From an uncultured delta proteobacterium (GTDB lineage Bacteria; Desulfobacterota; Binatia; UBA9968), in assembly GCA_963745035.1 (NCBI GenBank), contig CAVUVW010000013.1, forward strand, positions 1,472,001 to 1,536,000: a DNA stretch of 64,000 nt. Reading direction: 5' to 3'. Shown here one piece after another: positions 20,884 through 30,760 of this stretch (its first letter is position 1; the number at the start of each line of letters is the position of its first letter). The translations under genes and the position numbers were made by a program. Below the pieces are notes generated by a model that ran no database searches, was not told where the DNA came from, and was given only the letters and a program-made list of their open reading frames with translations.

Positions 20884-21873
20884 ATGCGTTTCAGTCGTGC
20901 TCAGCAAATTCTCTTTTTCTGTTCTCTCATTGTCCTAATGCCCTTGCGGGTTACAGCGGCAGCCGAGCTGCTGCCGCTTCGCGCCAGTTATTCGTCCATC
21001 GGGGGCGCTTTCGCGCCGCTGTGGCTCGCGCAAGACAAAGGCCTTTTCACCAAGTACGGCTTGGCCGTGGACCTCAAGTACATCCTCTCGGCGACCGGTA
21101 CTCAGGCACTCTTTTCCGGCAGCATCGATATCGTCAATCCGGCAACCGAGATCATCGAGGCTGGTTTAGGCGGTCAGCGCGTCGCTTTTATCGTCGGAAT
21201 TTTGAATCGCGCCGTGCTTTCGGTGTACAGCAAACCGGAGTTGCGCCAATTGAGCGATCTCCGCGGCAAGGTCATGGGCGTGACTCTGCCGGGATCGACC
21301 ACTGACCTCACGGCCAAAATTCTTTTTCAGCAGGCCGGCATGGCTCCCGGCAAAGACGTTCAAGTGACTCACTTGCAGGGCATGCCGGACATCATCACCG
21401 CGCTGATTCAAGGCCGGATCGACGCCGGCGTGGTCTCCGCGCCGACGACTTTGAAGCTTCGGCAGGCGGGCTTCAAAGAGCTGGTCGATGTCGCGGCCCG
21501 CAATGTGCCGATGATTCACGCCGGCCTCGCGACCACGCGCGACTTTATCAAGAACAACCCGGACAAGGTACGCCGTTACGTGCAGGCCTACGTCGAGGGA
21601 ACCAAAATCGCGCGCACCGATCCGGAAACGGCCAAACAGGTCATCGGCAAATATACGAAGACCGAAAACAAAGAAGACTTGGACGAAACCTACAACACCT
21701 ACGCCAAGGTCTGGGAAACGGCGCCGTACGTTTCCCCAGCCGGCATGCAGACTCTGCTCAATTTTTCCGTCAACCCCGCTGGGAAAACCGCCAAGCCGGA
21801 ACAATTCATCGACAATTCGTTTGTCGCCGAGCTGGAAAAATCCGGCTTTATCGAAAAGCTCTACAAGCCGTAG
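20884..21873 (+). CDS. SsuA/THI5-like ABC substrate-binding protein
   Basis: PLWLAQDKGLFTKYGL, DLRGKVMGVT.PGSTTD, FIDNSFVAELEKSGFI. Confidence 0.9.
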   Translation: MRFSRAQQILFFCSLIVLMPLRVTAAAELLPLRASYSSIGGAFAPLWLAQDKGLFTKYGLAVDLKYILSATGTQALFSGSIDIVNPATEIIEAGLGGQRVAFIVGILNRAVLSVYSKPELRQLSDLRGKVMGVTLPGSTTDLTAKILFQQAGMAPGKDVQVTHLQGMPDIITALIQGRIDAGVVSAPTTLKLRQAGFKELVDVAARNVPMIHAGLATTRDFIKNNPDKVRRYVQAYVEGTKIARTDPETAKQVIGKYTKTENKEDLDETYNTYAKVWETAPYVSPAGMQTLLNFSVNPAGKTAKPEQFIDNSFVAELEKSGFIEKLYKP

Positions 21874-21945
21874 CCCGGCAAAACCCCCATCGATTAGAAA
21901 TGTTCTTCTGAGACACTTGCATCGCCGATCCAGGTAAGACCTTCC

Positions 21946-23085
21946 GTGGATTTCAGTTTCACCCCTGCGCAGCAAGCTCTCATCGAACGCGTCCACCGAT
22001 TGGTGGCCGAGCGCATCGCGCCACGTGCGGCCCGGTACGACGAAACCTTCGAAGCGCCGGTCGAGGATCTGCAGGATTTGCACCGCGAAGGCTGGCTGCT
22101 CGCCAATCTCGACAAGCGGCTCGGCGGTCTCGGTTTCGGTTTGTCCGGGGAAGACCCGCTCTCGTTTTTTCTGATCGACGAATACCTTGCCTACGGCAAT
22201 CCATCCACGGCGCACTGTTTTCAGGTGCACAACAATGCGCTCATGATGATCAACGCAATGGCTAGAGAGGATCAAGTTCGCCGTTGGATCGAGCCCACGA
22301 TAAAACACGCAGCGCTCATCCCGGGTGCCGGCGCCGAGCCGCACGGGAGTCCGCCGACCACAGCCAAACAAGTTGCCGGCGGCTATCGGGTAAGCGGCAC
22401 CAAGCACTACGCTACCAACGCGAGCCTGGCGGAATGGCTGTGGATCGGCCGCGTGGCGTCCGACGCGCATTCCAAGCCCATCATGTTCATGATGCACCGG
22501 GACACCCCGGGATTGAGAATTGACTGCGAGATCTGGCGTCCCACCGGCATGCGCGCGTGCGTGAGCCCCTGGCTGCATCTCGATGACTGTTTTGTCCCGG
22601 AAGAAAACCTGCTCGGCAAGCCGGGGCAGTTTCTCGAAGAAAACTGGATGGGTAAGATCAACTTCGCGTTCACCGCGAACTATCTCGGCTCGGCGCGGGC
22701 GATGTACGATTGGGCGCTCGATTACACGCGTGAGCGCGGCGGCGGCAAGGATGCCTACCGCCAACTCCGCCTGGGCGAACTCAAGAGCCTGCTCGATGGC
22801 GCGCGGCTGGTTCTCTACACTGCCGTTCGCATGTTCAAGACCGATCCCGCCGGCGCCATGGTCGCCGCCCACGAAGCCAAATGGCTGGCCAAGGAGACGT
22901 TGCAGAAGATGATGTGGAGCACGGCGGAGATTTGCGGCTCGACGGCGCTATTCGTCAAGCATCCGCTGGAACGCTTCTACCGCGACATGCACCTGCACAT
23001 GATGCACGGCCGCCACGACATCGCCGCGCAGATCGTCGGCGCCGCCGAATTGGGCGAGTCGTACGACGTCAATCGCACACATTAA
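21946..23085 (+). CDS. Acyl-CoA dehydrogenase-fold flavoprotein, possibly a group D flavin monooxygenase
   Basis: MDFSFT, SGTKHYATN, WRPTGMRA..S, LERFYRD; C-terminal MHLHMMH instead of I.EGT. Confidence 0.8.
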   Translation: MDFSFTPAQQALIERVHRLVAERIAPRAARYDETFEAPVEDLQDLHREGWLLANLDKRLGGLGFGLSGEDPLSFFLIDEYLAYGNPSTAHCFQVHNNALMMINAMAREDQVRRWIEPTIKHAALIPGAGAEPHGSPPTTAKQVAGGYRVSGTKHYATNASLAEWLWIGRVASDAHSKPIMFMMHRDTPGLRIDCEIWRPTGMRACVSPWLHLDDCFVPEENLLGKPGQFLEENWMGKINFAFTANYLGSARAMYDWALDYTRERGGGKDAYRQLRLGELKSLLDGARLVLYTAVRMFKTDPAGAMVAAHEAKWLAKETLQKMMWSTAEICGSTALFVKHPLERFYRDMHLHMMHGRHDIAAQIVGAAELGESYDVNRTH

Positions 23086-23090
23086 AGAGC

Positions 23091-23181
23091 TGGAGTGATG
23101 CGAGTACTGGAATAATGGAGTGTTGCTCGATCGGAATTGGAAAAACCCATCACTCCACTACTCCAACGCTCCATTACTCCA
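23091..23181. repeat. Palindrome of 8-bp tandem units: 4x TGGAGTNN / 4x NNRCTCCA
   Basis: tggagtga tgcgagtac tggaataa tggagtgt ... tcactcca ctactcca acgctcca ttactcca, between convergent genes. Confidence 0.85.
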
Positions 23182-23186
23182 AAGAA

Positions 23187-24142
23187 TTATCTGCCTGCTT
23201 CCAGTCTCCTTCAACGCCTGTCGCGCGAAGGAAAAATCTCTGACTTCGTCGAGGGGACGCTTTTTATCGCCGAGCCGTTCGATCAGCGAATTCAGCTCGG
23301 CGTCCGTCATCTGGCCGTCTTTGCTGAGCGTTTTCATCTCTGTTTCGTAGGAGTGCTCGGCGATGTCGGCCGGCTGGGGCAGCCATTTGAGCAGTATCTG
23401 TATCGATTCCGCCTTGTTCTCCAAAATAAAATGATGCGCGCGCAACAATGTTTTCATTGTGCGGCGAACCAGTTGGGCGATTTTCACGAATGAGGCGGTC
23501 AGAGGTAAACATTCCCGCGACCGGCAAGCCAACCTCTGGCGGACCGGCCAACGCTGGATAATTCATGCGTTTGAGCATCAAGTCATGCGGCGGCGCTACA
23601 CAGATCGCGTCCACCGCGCCGCTGATCAACGCCTGCATGCGCAGCGGCCCATCGCCGATCGCCACGGCCTGGATCTGATTTGGATTGAAGCCTTTGGCCT
23701 GCAACAACTCCTCAGCGTTCAATTGATCGGCGCCTTTGATCGTCGCCACGCCCAGCCGTTTGCCCTTGAGCTGCTGCACGTCTTTGATCTCGGGCCGTAC
23801 CATGACGTAGTACGGCCCTTTTTTTAGATGAACAAAGACGGTCTTCATCGGAAAACCCTGAAGGATACCGCGAAACGTGCTGACAAACGGCGTTGCAAAA
23901 GATACGTCGCCGTTGACCACGGCCGTGGCGCCGAGGCGCGGATTCATTTGGATGATCTCCACGTCGAGCGCCTCGGCTCTGAAAAGCCCTTTGGTTTGCG
24001 CAAGATAAAGCGGCATTGCGGAGCTGCTTCGGCTCGCGTAGGCGATGCGCACGCGAGTCGGCGCATCGGCACTCAGGGTCGGCTGGACCGCGCCAAGGAG
24101 AAATACAGCGAACGACAGATTGAAGAAAAATCGCAGCTTCAC
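23187..24142 (-). CDS. SsuA/THI5-like ABC substrate-binding protein; frameshifts near 23475 and 23205
   Basis: ORFs 23264..24142 and 23158..23532; close paralog of 63057..64000. Confidence 0.85.
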
Positions 24143-24154
24143 AGCATACCTCTT

Positions 24155-25117
24155 TTATTGGATGGCCAATTCCTTTTGCACTTCGCGCAGCAGAGTGTAA
24201 TCGACCAATCGTTCGGGTGGAAAATCGACGTTCTTGCCCACGGCGGTGCCGAGTGTCTCGATCATGTTTTTGAGACCTTTATCGGTTGCCAGCCCGTTTT
24301 CACTCATGGCCGGCAGCAGCGACGTGTAGACCTTATCAGCGATTGCCTCCTGGAGTTTATAATCCTTGGCGATGAAGCGCACGGTCTCGGCGCGGTTCTT
24401 GAGCGTGAACTGCAAGCCGCGCAAGGTGCCGCGAAGCAGGCGCTTGATAGTGTCGCGCTTGGTCTTGAGCGTTGCATCCGACACGGTGAACCCGCTTTGC
24501 GGAAATTCGAGAAAGTCGCCGACGTAGGCGAGCACGCGCAGCCCCATCTGTTCGGCATAGACGTTAAACGGCGGCGATAGGGTCGTTGCGTCCAATGAAC
24601 CGGCTTTCAAACCCTGTAAACGCGTCGATGTCGAGCCGGCGACGATCCGCTTCATGTCCTTTTCCGGATCGAGCTTGCCGCTTTGCGCAAATATCTTCAT
24701 CGACAGATCGGTGTCGCTGCCAAAGGAGCTGATGCCGATCGTTTTGCCTTTCAAATCGGCGGCGGATTTGATGTCGGGACGCGCGACGACGTAGAAGGTG
24801 GGCTTTTTGAACAGCCAGATGACCGTGCGCACGGGCACGTTCTGGCTGGCGATGAAGCGCGAGGCCGATCCTACACAGCCGCTTGCTTGCAGATCACCCG
24901 TGAGCAGCGCCATTACCGCGATGTCGCACTTGGTCGCGAGCAGCTTCACATCGAGCCCAAGCTCTTTGAAAAACCCCCGCTCGATGGCCAAGTCGAAGTG
25001 AAAAAAATTGAGGCTCTTGCCGGGATTGCCGATGAAAACTTCTTGCCCCGCCGCGATGCCACCACCCCCAGAGATAAGCGTGAAGAGCAGCGCGCTCATC
25101 AACCATTTCAGTTTCAT
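24155..25117 (-). CDS. SsuA/THI5-like ABC substrate-binding protein
   Basis: AIERGFFKELGLDV, DLKGKTIGISSFGS, LVDYTLLREVQKEL. Confidence 0.9.
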   Translation of the reverse strand: MKLKWLMSALLFTLISGGGGIAAGQEVFIGNPGKSLNFFHFDLAIERGFFKELGLDVKLLATKCDIAVMALLTGDLQASGCVGSASRFIASQNVPVRTVIWLFKKPTFYVVARPDIKSAADLKGKTIGISSFGSDTDLSMKIFAQSGKLDPEKDMKRIVAGSTSTRLQGLKAGSLDATTLSPPFNVYAEQMGLRVLAYVGDFLEFPQSGFTVSDATLKTKRDTIKRLLRGTLRGLQFTLKNRAETVRFIAKDYKLQEAIADKVYTSLLPAMSENGLATDKGLKNMIETLGTAVGKNVDFPPERLVDYTLLREVQKELAIQ

Positions 25118-25138
25118 GTAATCATCACCGCCCCGCTC

Positions 25139-25216
25139 TGGAGTAATGGAGTACTGGAGTGGTGGAGTGATGGACTCCGGACCGATACTCCCTTACTCCA
25201 ACACTCCATCACTTCA
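25139..25216. repeat. Palindrome of 8-bp tandem units: 4x TGGAGTNN / 4x NNACTCCA
   Basis: tggagtaa tggagtac tggagtgg tggagtga ... atactccc ttactcca acactcca tcacttca. Confidence 0.85.
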
Positions 25217-25217
25217 A

Positions 25218-26312
25218 CTATTTCATCCCATAGAACGCTCTCGCGTTGTCGTACAGGATCTTTTGCTTGAGCGGCGGTGGAATATCCTCTCTGATGTTGA
25301 TCGCATTGACGAACTGGTCCTCACGTGACGGATCGCTGTGCGGATAGTCCGAGCCGATGAGCAGATGATCGTCGCCGGTGTATTTCGCCAGGTAGGGAAT
25401 ATCCTCGTCGGCCTCACAGGCGACGAAAAGCCGGTACTCCTTGAACAACTCTGCGCTCGAAGCGAAGCGGAATTTTTCCTTCTGCAGACGGCGCACGATG
25501 TGGATCAGAAACGGCACCCAACCGGCCGCCGCTTCGATGAAACCGAAGCGCAGGGTTGGAAACTGCTCGGGAATCTTGTTCGCGATAATGTCGCGAAACG
25601 CGAGCAGCGGCATGACGCGGGTGTGGCCGAAAGTGTGATTGCGCGAGATGTCGAACATCTCCAAAATCGCCCTCACGCCGCAGCCTGTGTGAACGCAGAT
25701 CGACAAGTTATGCTTCTGCGCTTCCTCGTAGACCGGGAACAGATAGGGATTGTCTAGCGTGTATTCCCCTTCGATGCCGCGAAAGAATATCCCCACCGCA
25801 CCGTGTTGCTTGGCAAAGCGAATCTCATCGATGGCGTCTTTCATGGACTGAAAGGGCAGTACGGCAACCCATTTGATGCGCTCGGGCGCCTGGTCCGAGG
25901 CCTGGGCGAGAAAGCGATTGTAAGCGCGGCAAAGCGCAACCTCGAGTTCCCGATCTTTGGTGTTATAGACGAGAAAAAGCGTCGGGTAGACCACCTGCGC
26001 CACGGTACTGAGCTTGTCCATGTCCCGAAGCCGGCCGGGGATGTCAGTCATCTCCCGGGTTTCCGGCGTCGAGTCCTTGCGGCCTTCCTGGGCTTTCTGC
26101 GCCGACGGCGTGACCAAGGCGAAGCTTCCCCTGCCGCCGGCCTTAGGATAAATCTCGCCGTCGATCAGCCAGAACGCGTTGCGATTGCCAAACACCGTAT
26201 CTTCAGGAACCGAAAGCATGAGCGGCCGTCTCGGATGGACGGCTTTATCCATCAATGCCCACATTGCCTCGCCTTCCGAGATGTGCGTATCGGCGTCAAT
26301 AATTCCTTGCAT
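25218..26312 (-). CDS. Amidohydrolase_2 family protein (hydratase/decarboxylase-like)
   Basis: IIDADTH, AYNRFL, CVHTG, FGFIEAAAGWVP, GSDYPHSD, ILYDNARAFY. Confidence 0.9.
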   Translation of the reverse strand: MQGIIDADTHISEGEAMWALMDKAVHPRRPLMLSVPEDTVFGNRNAFWLIDGEIYPKAGGRGSFALVTPSAQKAQEGRKDSTPETREMTDIPGRLRDMDKLSTVAQVVYPTLFLVYNTKDRELEVALCRAYNRFLAQASDQAPERIKWVAVLPFQSMKDAIDEIRFAKQHGAVGIFFRGIEGEYTLDNPYLFPVYEEAQKHNLSICVHTGCGVRAILEMFDISRNHTFGHTRVMPLLAFRDIIANKIPEQFPTLRFGFIEAAAGWVPFLIHIVRRLQKEKFRFASSAELFKEYRLFVACEADEDIPYLAKYTGDDHLLIGSDYPHSDPSREDQFVNAINIREDIPPPLKQKILYDNARAFYGMK

Positions 26313-26336
26313 GGTTCACCTCAGCGTTATTCGTGT

Positions 26337-27275
26337 TCAATGAAGATTGTGCTCGATGGAGAGATAAAGCAATGCTCCATAATTGTTTGCTTTATGATTA
26401 AGACCGATCGGCGCCGCAGCGCCGAGTACGACTTGTAATTTTTCCTCGTTGATCACCGCAGTGCGAAACCCCGGTGAGATGATTGGCTGGAAACTTCGCT
26501 CCGCCTTGCCGGCGTCGTTGATGCTTTCCTCGGATTCAGCGATCCATTCCAGCATCAAGTGAAACCGCGGAAATAATGCGAAAATGCTACTGGCCCCCAG
26601 CTTGTAGGAAACCAGCGAATGGCGGGGTGAGAGCGGTTCGGAACTGCCGCCAAGGCGCGCTCGCACTTTCGGCAAATACGTAATTCCTAAGTTGGCATGC
26701 ATGGCGAATCGCGAGCCAAGTTTCTTGCTAAATGGCAGGCCCCATTGATAGCCGACCACGCCGTTGCCGGTGCCGCGGTCGCGGTTGCCGGTTGGCAAAA
26801 TCAGAGTGAAGCGCGGCGCGAAGGCAGGCATCACATCGGTTTCCTCAAGTGCCTGATAGCGATAATTAAGCAAAATGTCACCGATTCCATAGATGCGGTC
26901 CGTTTCATCCCGGTGATGATGGGAACGAATGGAAAACGAAAGTTGATGGTCCTGCGAAAAAAGCGGCCACTCCTGGGTAAAATCAAAACTCCAGCCGCGC
27001 TGCCTTGAATCCGCGCTGTAGAGCGCCGTCGAGATATGCTGCACTACGCCGGGCTCCTGATTGTACGCCTCTTCTATTAAGAAACTGCTGTCCTCGACCA
27101 CGTCAATAGGCCGTTTTTCCGCGGCGAGCGCTGGAACCGCGGCGCACAACCAAAAGAATAGAAAGACTGGTCTGAAAAGCAGCAGCCGATGGTTTGCGAC
27201 CTCATTGTAAGCTCGTGGAAAACCCGACTGCATCGCAACCCGCTCGCCGACCCCACTCGTCCGAGCTAATTCCAC
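26337..27275 (-). CDS. Outer-membrane beta-barrel transporter (MetA-pathway of phenol degradation family); start uncertain
   Basis: DSSFLIEEAYNQEPGVVQH, GIGDILLNYRYQ, LILPTG, amphipathic beta strands. Confidence 0.7.
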   Translation of the reverse strand: MELARTSGVGERVAMQSGFPRAYNEVANHRLLLFRPVFLFFWLCAAVPALAAEKRPIDVVEDSSFLIEEAYNQEPGVVQHISTALYSADSRQRGWSFDFTQEWPLFSQDHQLSFSIRSHHHRDETDRIYGIGDILLNYRYQALEETDVMPAFAPRFTLILPTGNRDRGTGNGVVGYQWGLPFSKKLGSRFAMHANLGITYLPKVRARLGGSSEPLSPRHSLVSYKLGASSIFALFPRFHLMLEWIAESEESINDAGKAERSFQPIISPGFRTAVINEEKLQVVLGAAAPIGLNHKANNYGALLYLSIEHNLH

Positions 27276-28321
27276 AGTGAAACCGCCATGCGCAGCTTGC
27301 CATGCTCCAGATCCGCCAGCGCTTCGTTGATCTGATCGTAGCGATAACTTTTAGTAATCAAATTCTTCAACTCGATCCGGCCGAGCTTTGCCATCTGAAA
27401 CACTTCTTCGACGTCGTTCGCCTGCCGGCTCGACACTCCGGTGATGGTGATCTCTCGCGTGACGAAGTTGCCGCTGCTGATCGTAAACGGCCCGTTCCCC
27501 AGGCCCCCTATGATCGTCGCGGTGCCGCCCGGGCGGGTCGCCTGTATGATCTGGTCCGAAGTTTTCGGATTGCCGATCGCTTCGAAGGATTTGTCGACGC
27601 CGCCGTCCGTGAGCTTGACGACCGCCTTTACCGGATCCTCGCTCGTCGCATTGATCGTGTGAGTGGCGCCGAAGTTCTTGGCGGCTTCCAACTTGTCGTC
27701 CGCAATATCGACGGCGATAATTGGATAAGCGCCGAAGCATCTCAAAAATTGAATCGTATTCAGACCGATACCGCCGCAGCCGATAACCAACGCCGAGTCG
27801 CCGGGCTCCAAGCGGCCGCGATGCTTCACCGCGTTGTAGGCTGTCGTGACGCGGCAACCCACCACACTGGCCTCCTCCATCGACATGCCCTCGGGAATTT
27901 TGAAAGCCATGTAGGCGGGCACCGACACATATTCCGCGAAGCCGCCGACGTTCCAGCGCGTTACCACCGTACCGTCCGCTCTTCTGAGCGCCGGCGGCGC
28001 CGGACGGCGCTCGCATAAATTCTCGCGCGCGCTCAAGCAGTACCGGCAGCGGCCGCACTTGTAGCGCATGCCGATGATCACCCGATCGCCGGCTTGGAAA
28101 TCCTTGCAGTGCGCCCCTACTCCCTCGACCGTGCCGGCGACCTCATGGCCGAGGATCGTCGGCGGGGTAAACCGGTTTCTGCCCTCGACGACTTTCAAGT
28201 CGGTATGACACACGCCGCACGAAGCGACCCTGATGAGCACGTCCTCGTCGCCGACCTCGGGCATCTGAAGCTCTTCGATTCTTAGCGGCTGGCGCGCTTC
28301 GTACAGTACCGCGGCTTTCAT
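27266..28321 (-). CDS. Zinc-dependent medium-chain alcohol dehydrogenase
   Basis: GVCHTD, LGHE, CGRCRYC....NLC, GCGGIG. Confidence 0.93.
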   Translation of the reverse strand: MKAAVLYEARQPLRIEELQMPEVGDEDVLIRVASCGVCHTDLKVVEGRNRFTPPTILGHEVAGTVEGVGAHCKDFQAGDRVIIGMRYKCGRCRYCLSARENLCERRPAPPALRRADGTVVTRWNVGGFAEYVSVPAYMAFKIPEGMSMEEASVVGCRVTTAYNAVKHRGRLEPGDSALVIGCGGIGLNTIQFLRCFGAYPIIAVDIADDKLEAAKNFGATHTINATSEDPVKAVVKLTDGGVDKSFEAIGNPKTSDQIIQATRPGGTATIIGGLGNGPFTISSGNFVTREITITGVSSRQANDVEEVFQMAKLGRIELKNLITKSYRYDQINEALADLEHGKLRMAVSLWN

Positions 28322-28443
28322 CGTTTTCCTTCCGCCTGGAGCGATTGTGCGAGAGTGACTTGAGGATTACTTACGTCAGCCGAATAGCGAGCGTCAAGTG
28401 ACGCCATTTAGCCTTGACCCGTCCGTCCCGCAGGGCTAAGAAG

Positions 28444-28510
28444 GATTTCTCGCTTTGCTCGAAATGACACTGTCATTCTTCTGTCATTTCGAACGGAGTG
28501 AGAAATCTTT
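28444..28510. repeat. REP-like doublet (GATTTCTC..CGAAATGACA / TGTCATTTCG..GAGAAATCT)
   Basis: 28444-28469 is the exact reverse complement of 40687-40712 (26 bp). Confidence 0.8.
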
Positions 28511-28528
28511 CCCGAATGGAGAGCGCCC

Positions 28529-29071
28529 ATGCCCAACAAACCGACTCCCCAAGAAGTCACCATTGATCCGAAAACAACCGCTTTCTTGGTCTTGGACCTC
28601 AACTGCCGCTGCGAAGACCCCAAGGAGCCTTGCTACAAGCTGATCAATCCGGTGGCTAAGTTTTTAGAGCGAGCCCGCCAGGCGAACATGTTCATCATGT
28701 ACACCGCCGCCGACCGTTATAAAGGCACGCCGGAGGGAAGAATGCCCGCCGCATTCAAGCAGCGCGACGATGAGCCGACGATTTTCCCGCCTGCGTTCGA
28801 TAAGTTTTACAGCGGCGAGATGCAGCCGATGCTGCAACAGCGCGGCATCAAGACCGTGATCGTCTGCGGAGCGTCGAGCAATCAAGCTGTCATGTACACA
28901 GCGACCGCGGCGGTCCGCCCGTTCGGCTACACTTGCGTGATTCCCGTCGATGGCCTGATCGCCCGCGGCGATTACGAGCACGACTTCACCCTGCACCAAT
29001 TCACGATCCTCCCCGGCGGCGCCGCAGAGAAATTTCGCATCACTGAGTTCGACAAGATAAAGATCAGTTGA
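28529..29071 (+). CDS. Isochorismatase-like hydrolase lacking the usual catalytic Cys
   Basis: IDPKTTAFLVLD, DKFYS, RGIKTVIVCGASSNQAVMYTA, IPVDG. Confidence 0.8.
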   Translation: MPNKPTPQEVTIDPKTTAFLVLDLNCRCEDPKEPCYKLINPVAKFLERARQANMFIMYTAADRYKGTPEGRMPAAFKQRDDEPTIFPPAFDKFYSGEMQPMLQQRGIKTVIVCGASSNQAVMYTATAAVRPFGYTCVIPVDGLIARGDYEHDFTLHQFTILPGGAAEKFRITEFDKIKIS

Positions 29072-29510
29072 GGGAGTCAGGCGTGTCCAGAAATCGCTCT
29101 TTGATTTCGGGCGTGGGAATCATGCATACCTCTTGTCGCCCAAACCAGCGGTAGCGATTCTGTGCGATGAATGAATAAATCGCATCTCGCACAGATCTCG
29201 GCACAAGCGAAAATACTCTCAAGAGTTTCCACGCGCCGCCGAAGCGCGCTACGACCTCGATGGCGGCATCGCTGCGCAGAAAAATACGCCCATCGGTGAT
29301 AAACACGAAGGTCTGTAGGTTCGCCGGATCCAACCCATGACGTTGAAAAATTTCTCGGCCAATTTCCGACTGAATGGCGGCAAAGCGGAATTTCGCCGCC
29401 GAGTCATGGCGAATGACGAATTGGACCGAGGCGTTGCAGAGATTGCATACACCGTCGAAGAGAATAAGATTGGGAACTTCGCTCACGTTCTCGCAGCTCT
29501 CTGTCATCGA
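29064..29510 (-). CDS. DCC (DUF393/YuxK) thiol-disulfide oxidoreductase
   Basis: ILFDGVCNLC, FAAIQS, RSDAAI, RDAIY..IAQNRYRWFG. Confidence 0.9.
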   Translation of the reverse strand, partial: SMTESCENVSEVPNLILFDGVCNLCNASVQFVIRHDSAAKFRFAAIQSEIGREIFQRHGLDPANLQTFVFITDGRIFLRSDAAIEVVARFGGAWKLLRVFSLVPRSVRDAIYSFIAQNRYRWFGRQEVCMIPTPEIKERFLDTPDSLN

Positions 29511-29543
29511 TCGGGAGGAATCATAAGCGATCGTGAGCATTCC

Positions 29544-30551
29544 TCATTTCGGATACAGCTCCTTGATAAACCCCTCCCTCGACAACTGCTCCAATGGTGC
29601 CGGATCGTAGAATTGGCGCGCGTCCATGCCTTTGGCTTTGGGATTGCGCGACGCGATGTCTTCGATGACCGCTTCCATTTCTGGATGCGTCACCGTGGGA
29701 ATATCCCGGATGTAGCCGAGAATGTAGCTTTTGAACGCGCTGGTTAAAAGCTTGGTATCCGTGGTCCGCGTATACTTACCGAGAATGCGAATCGTGGCAT
29801 CAGGATTGGCTTTCGCGTATTTGATGCCTTCCAGAGTCGCCTTGAGAAAGCGATTGACCGTCTGCGGCCGGCTGCGGATGAAAGAATCGGTCGTGACTAG
29901 GGCCGTTCCCGGGTAACGATATTTCAAGTTGGCCAGGTTCATGAATTCCCTGTAGCCAAGCTCTTTCGCTTTCTCCAAAGTCGGCGAAGAAATCAAGCCG
30001 CCTTTGATCACGCCCTGCTGCATGAACAGCAGATTTTCCGGCACGCCGCCGGTTTGGATCATCTTGATATCCTTCTCGGGATCGAGACCGAGTTCGGCTA
30101 CGGCGCGCTTGAGACCCAGATCCGTCAGCGAACCGAAGCGGCTTACCCCATAGGTCTTGCCCTTGAGATCCTGCGCCGTCGTGATGTCGGGTGTCGTTAC
30201 CAAGCTCATCGGAATCACGTTGATCGTTGTGCCGATCACGGTCAAATCGGAGCCGGACAAACGCGACAGCGCCGCCGCGGCGCCGGAACCTTGCACGATT
30301 TGGGTATCGCCGGAAATCAAAGTCGTGATCGCTTGCGCGCCGGCGACGTAGATGATGCGCACGTCGAGGCCGTGCTTTTTGTAGATGCCGGCTTCGTATG
30401 GCACCCAGGTGGTAATTGAAGTCGCGGCGATCGACGAGTAGCAAACGTTGATGCGTTCGGCCTCGGCGGCGCGCGCTTCTATCGTGCTAGATGCGAGCAC
30501 GAACACAAAAACCACGGCAAATGCGATTCCGATCATCTTCGATGTCCTCAT
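29544..30551 (-). CDS. SsuA/THI5-like ABC substrate-binding protein
   Basis: GIYKKHGLDV, DLKGKTYGVSRFGSLTD, LSREGFIKELY. Confidence 0.9.
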   Translation of the reverse strand: MRTSKMIGIAFAVVFVFVLASSTIEARAAEAERINVCYSSIAATSITTWVPYEAGIYKKHGLDVRIIYVAGAQAITTLISGDTQIVQGSGAAAALSRLSGSDLTVIGTTINVIPMSLVTTPDITTAQDLKGKTYGVSRFGSLTDLGLKRAVAELGLDPEKDIKMIQTGGVPENLLFMQQGVIKGGLISSPTLEKAKELGYREFMNLANLKYRYPGTALVTTDSFIRSRPQTVNRFLKATLEGIKYAKANPDATIRILGKYTRTTDTKLLTSAFKSYILGYIRDIPTVTHPEMEAVIEDIASRNPKAKGMDARQFYDPAPLEQLSREGFIKELYPK

Positions 30552-30760
30552 CCGTGCCTCCGCTTGCCGGCTTAGCTTGGCTTGGCGAAATCGGGCAGCG
30601 AGCTGAACTTAGGAAAGGCTGACGGGCAAGTCAAGAAAGCAAATGCGCAAAGGCATCGCGCCCAACAACATGGAACGACGGCGCTGTTATCGACTTCGCG
30701 CCCCGTTCGCTCATTCTTGCTCCAACCGGCATTCCAGGGTACTCTAACGAGAATTTTTCG

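Noticed and set aside
21166-22872. 568-aa minus-strand ORF (similar cases: 56016..57377, 35432..36394, 39568..40596, 52474..53334, 60889..61779)
   Set aside because: Antisense shadows of well-supported genes in high-GC DNA, with no recognisable motifs.
23091-25216. 8-bp and 9-bp periodic repeats as possible CRISPR arrays
   Set aside because: Units are far too short, there are no unique spacers and no cas genes.
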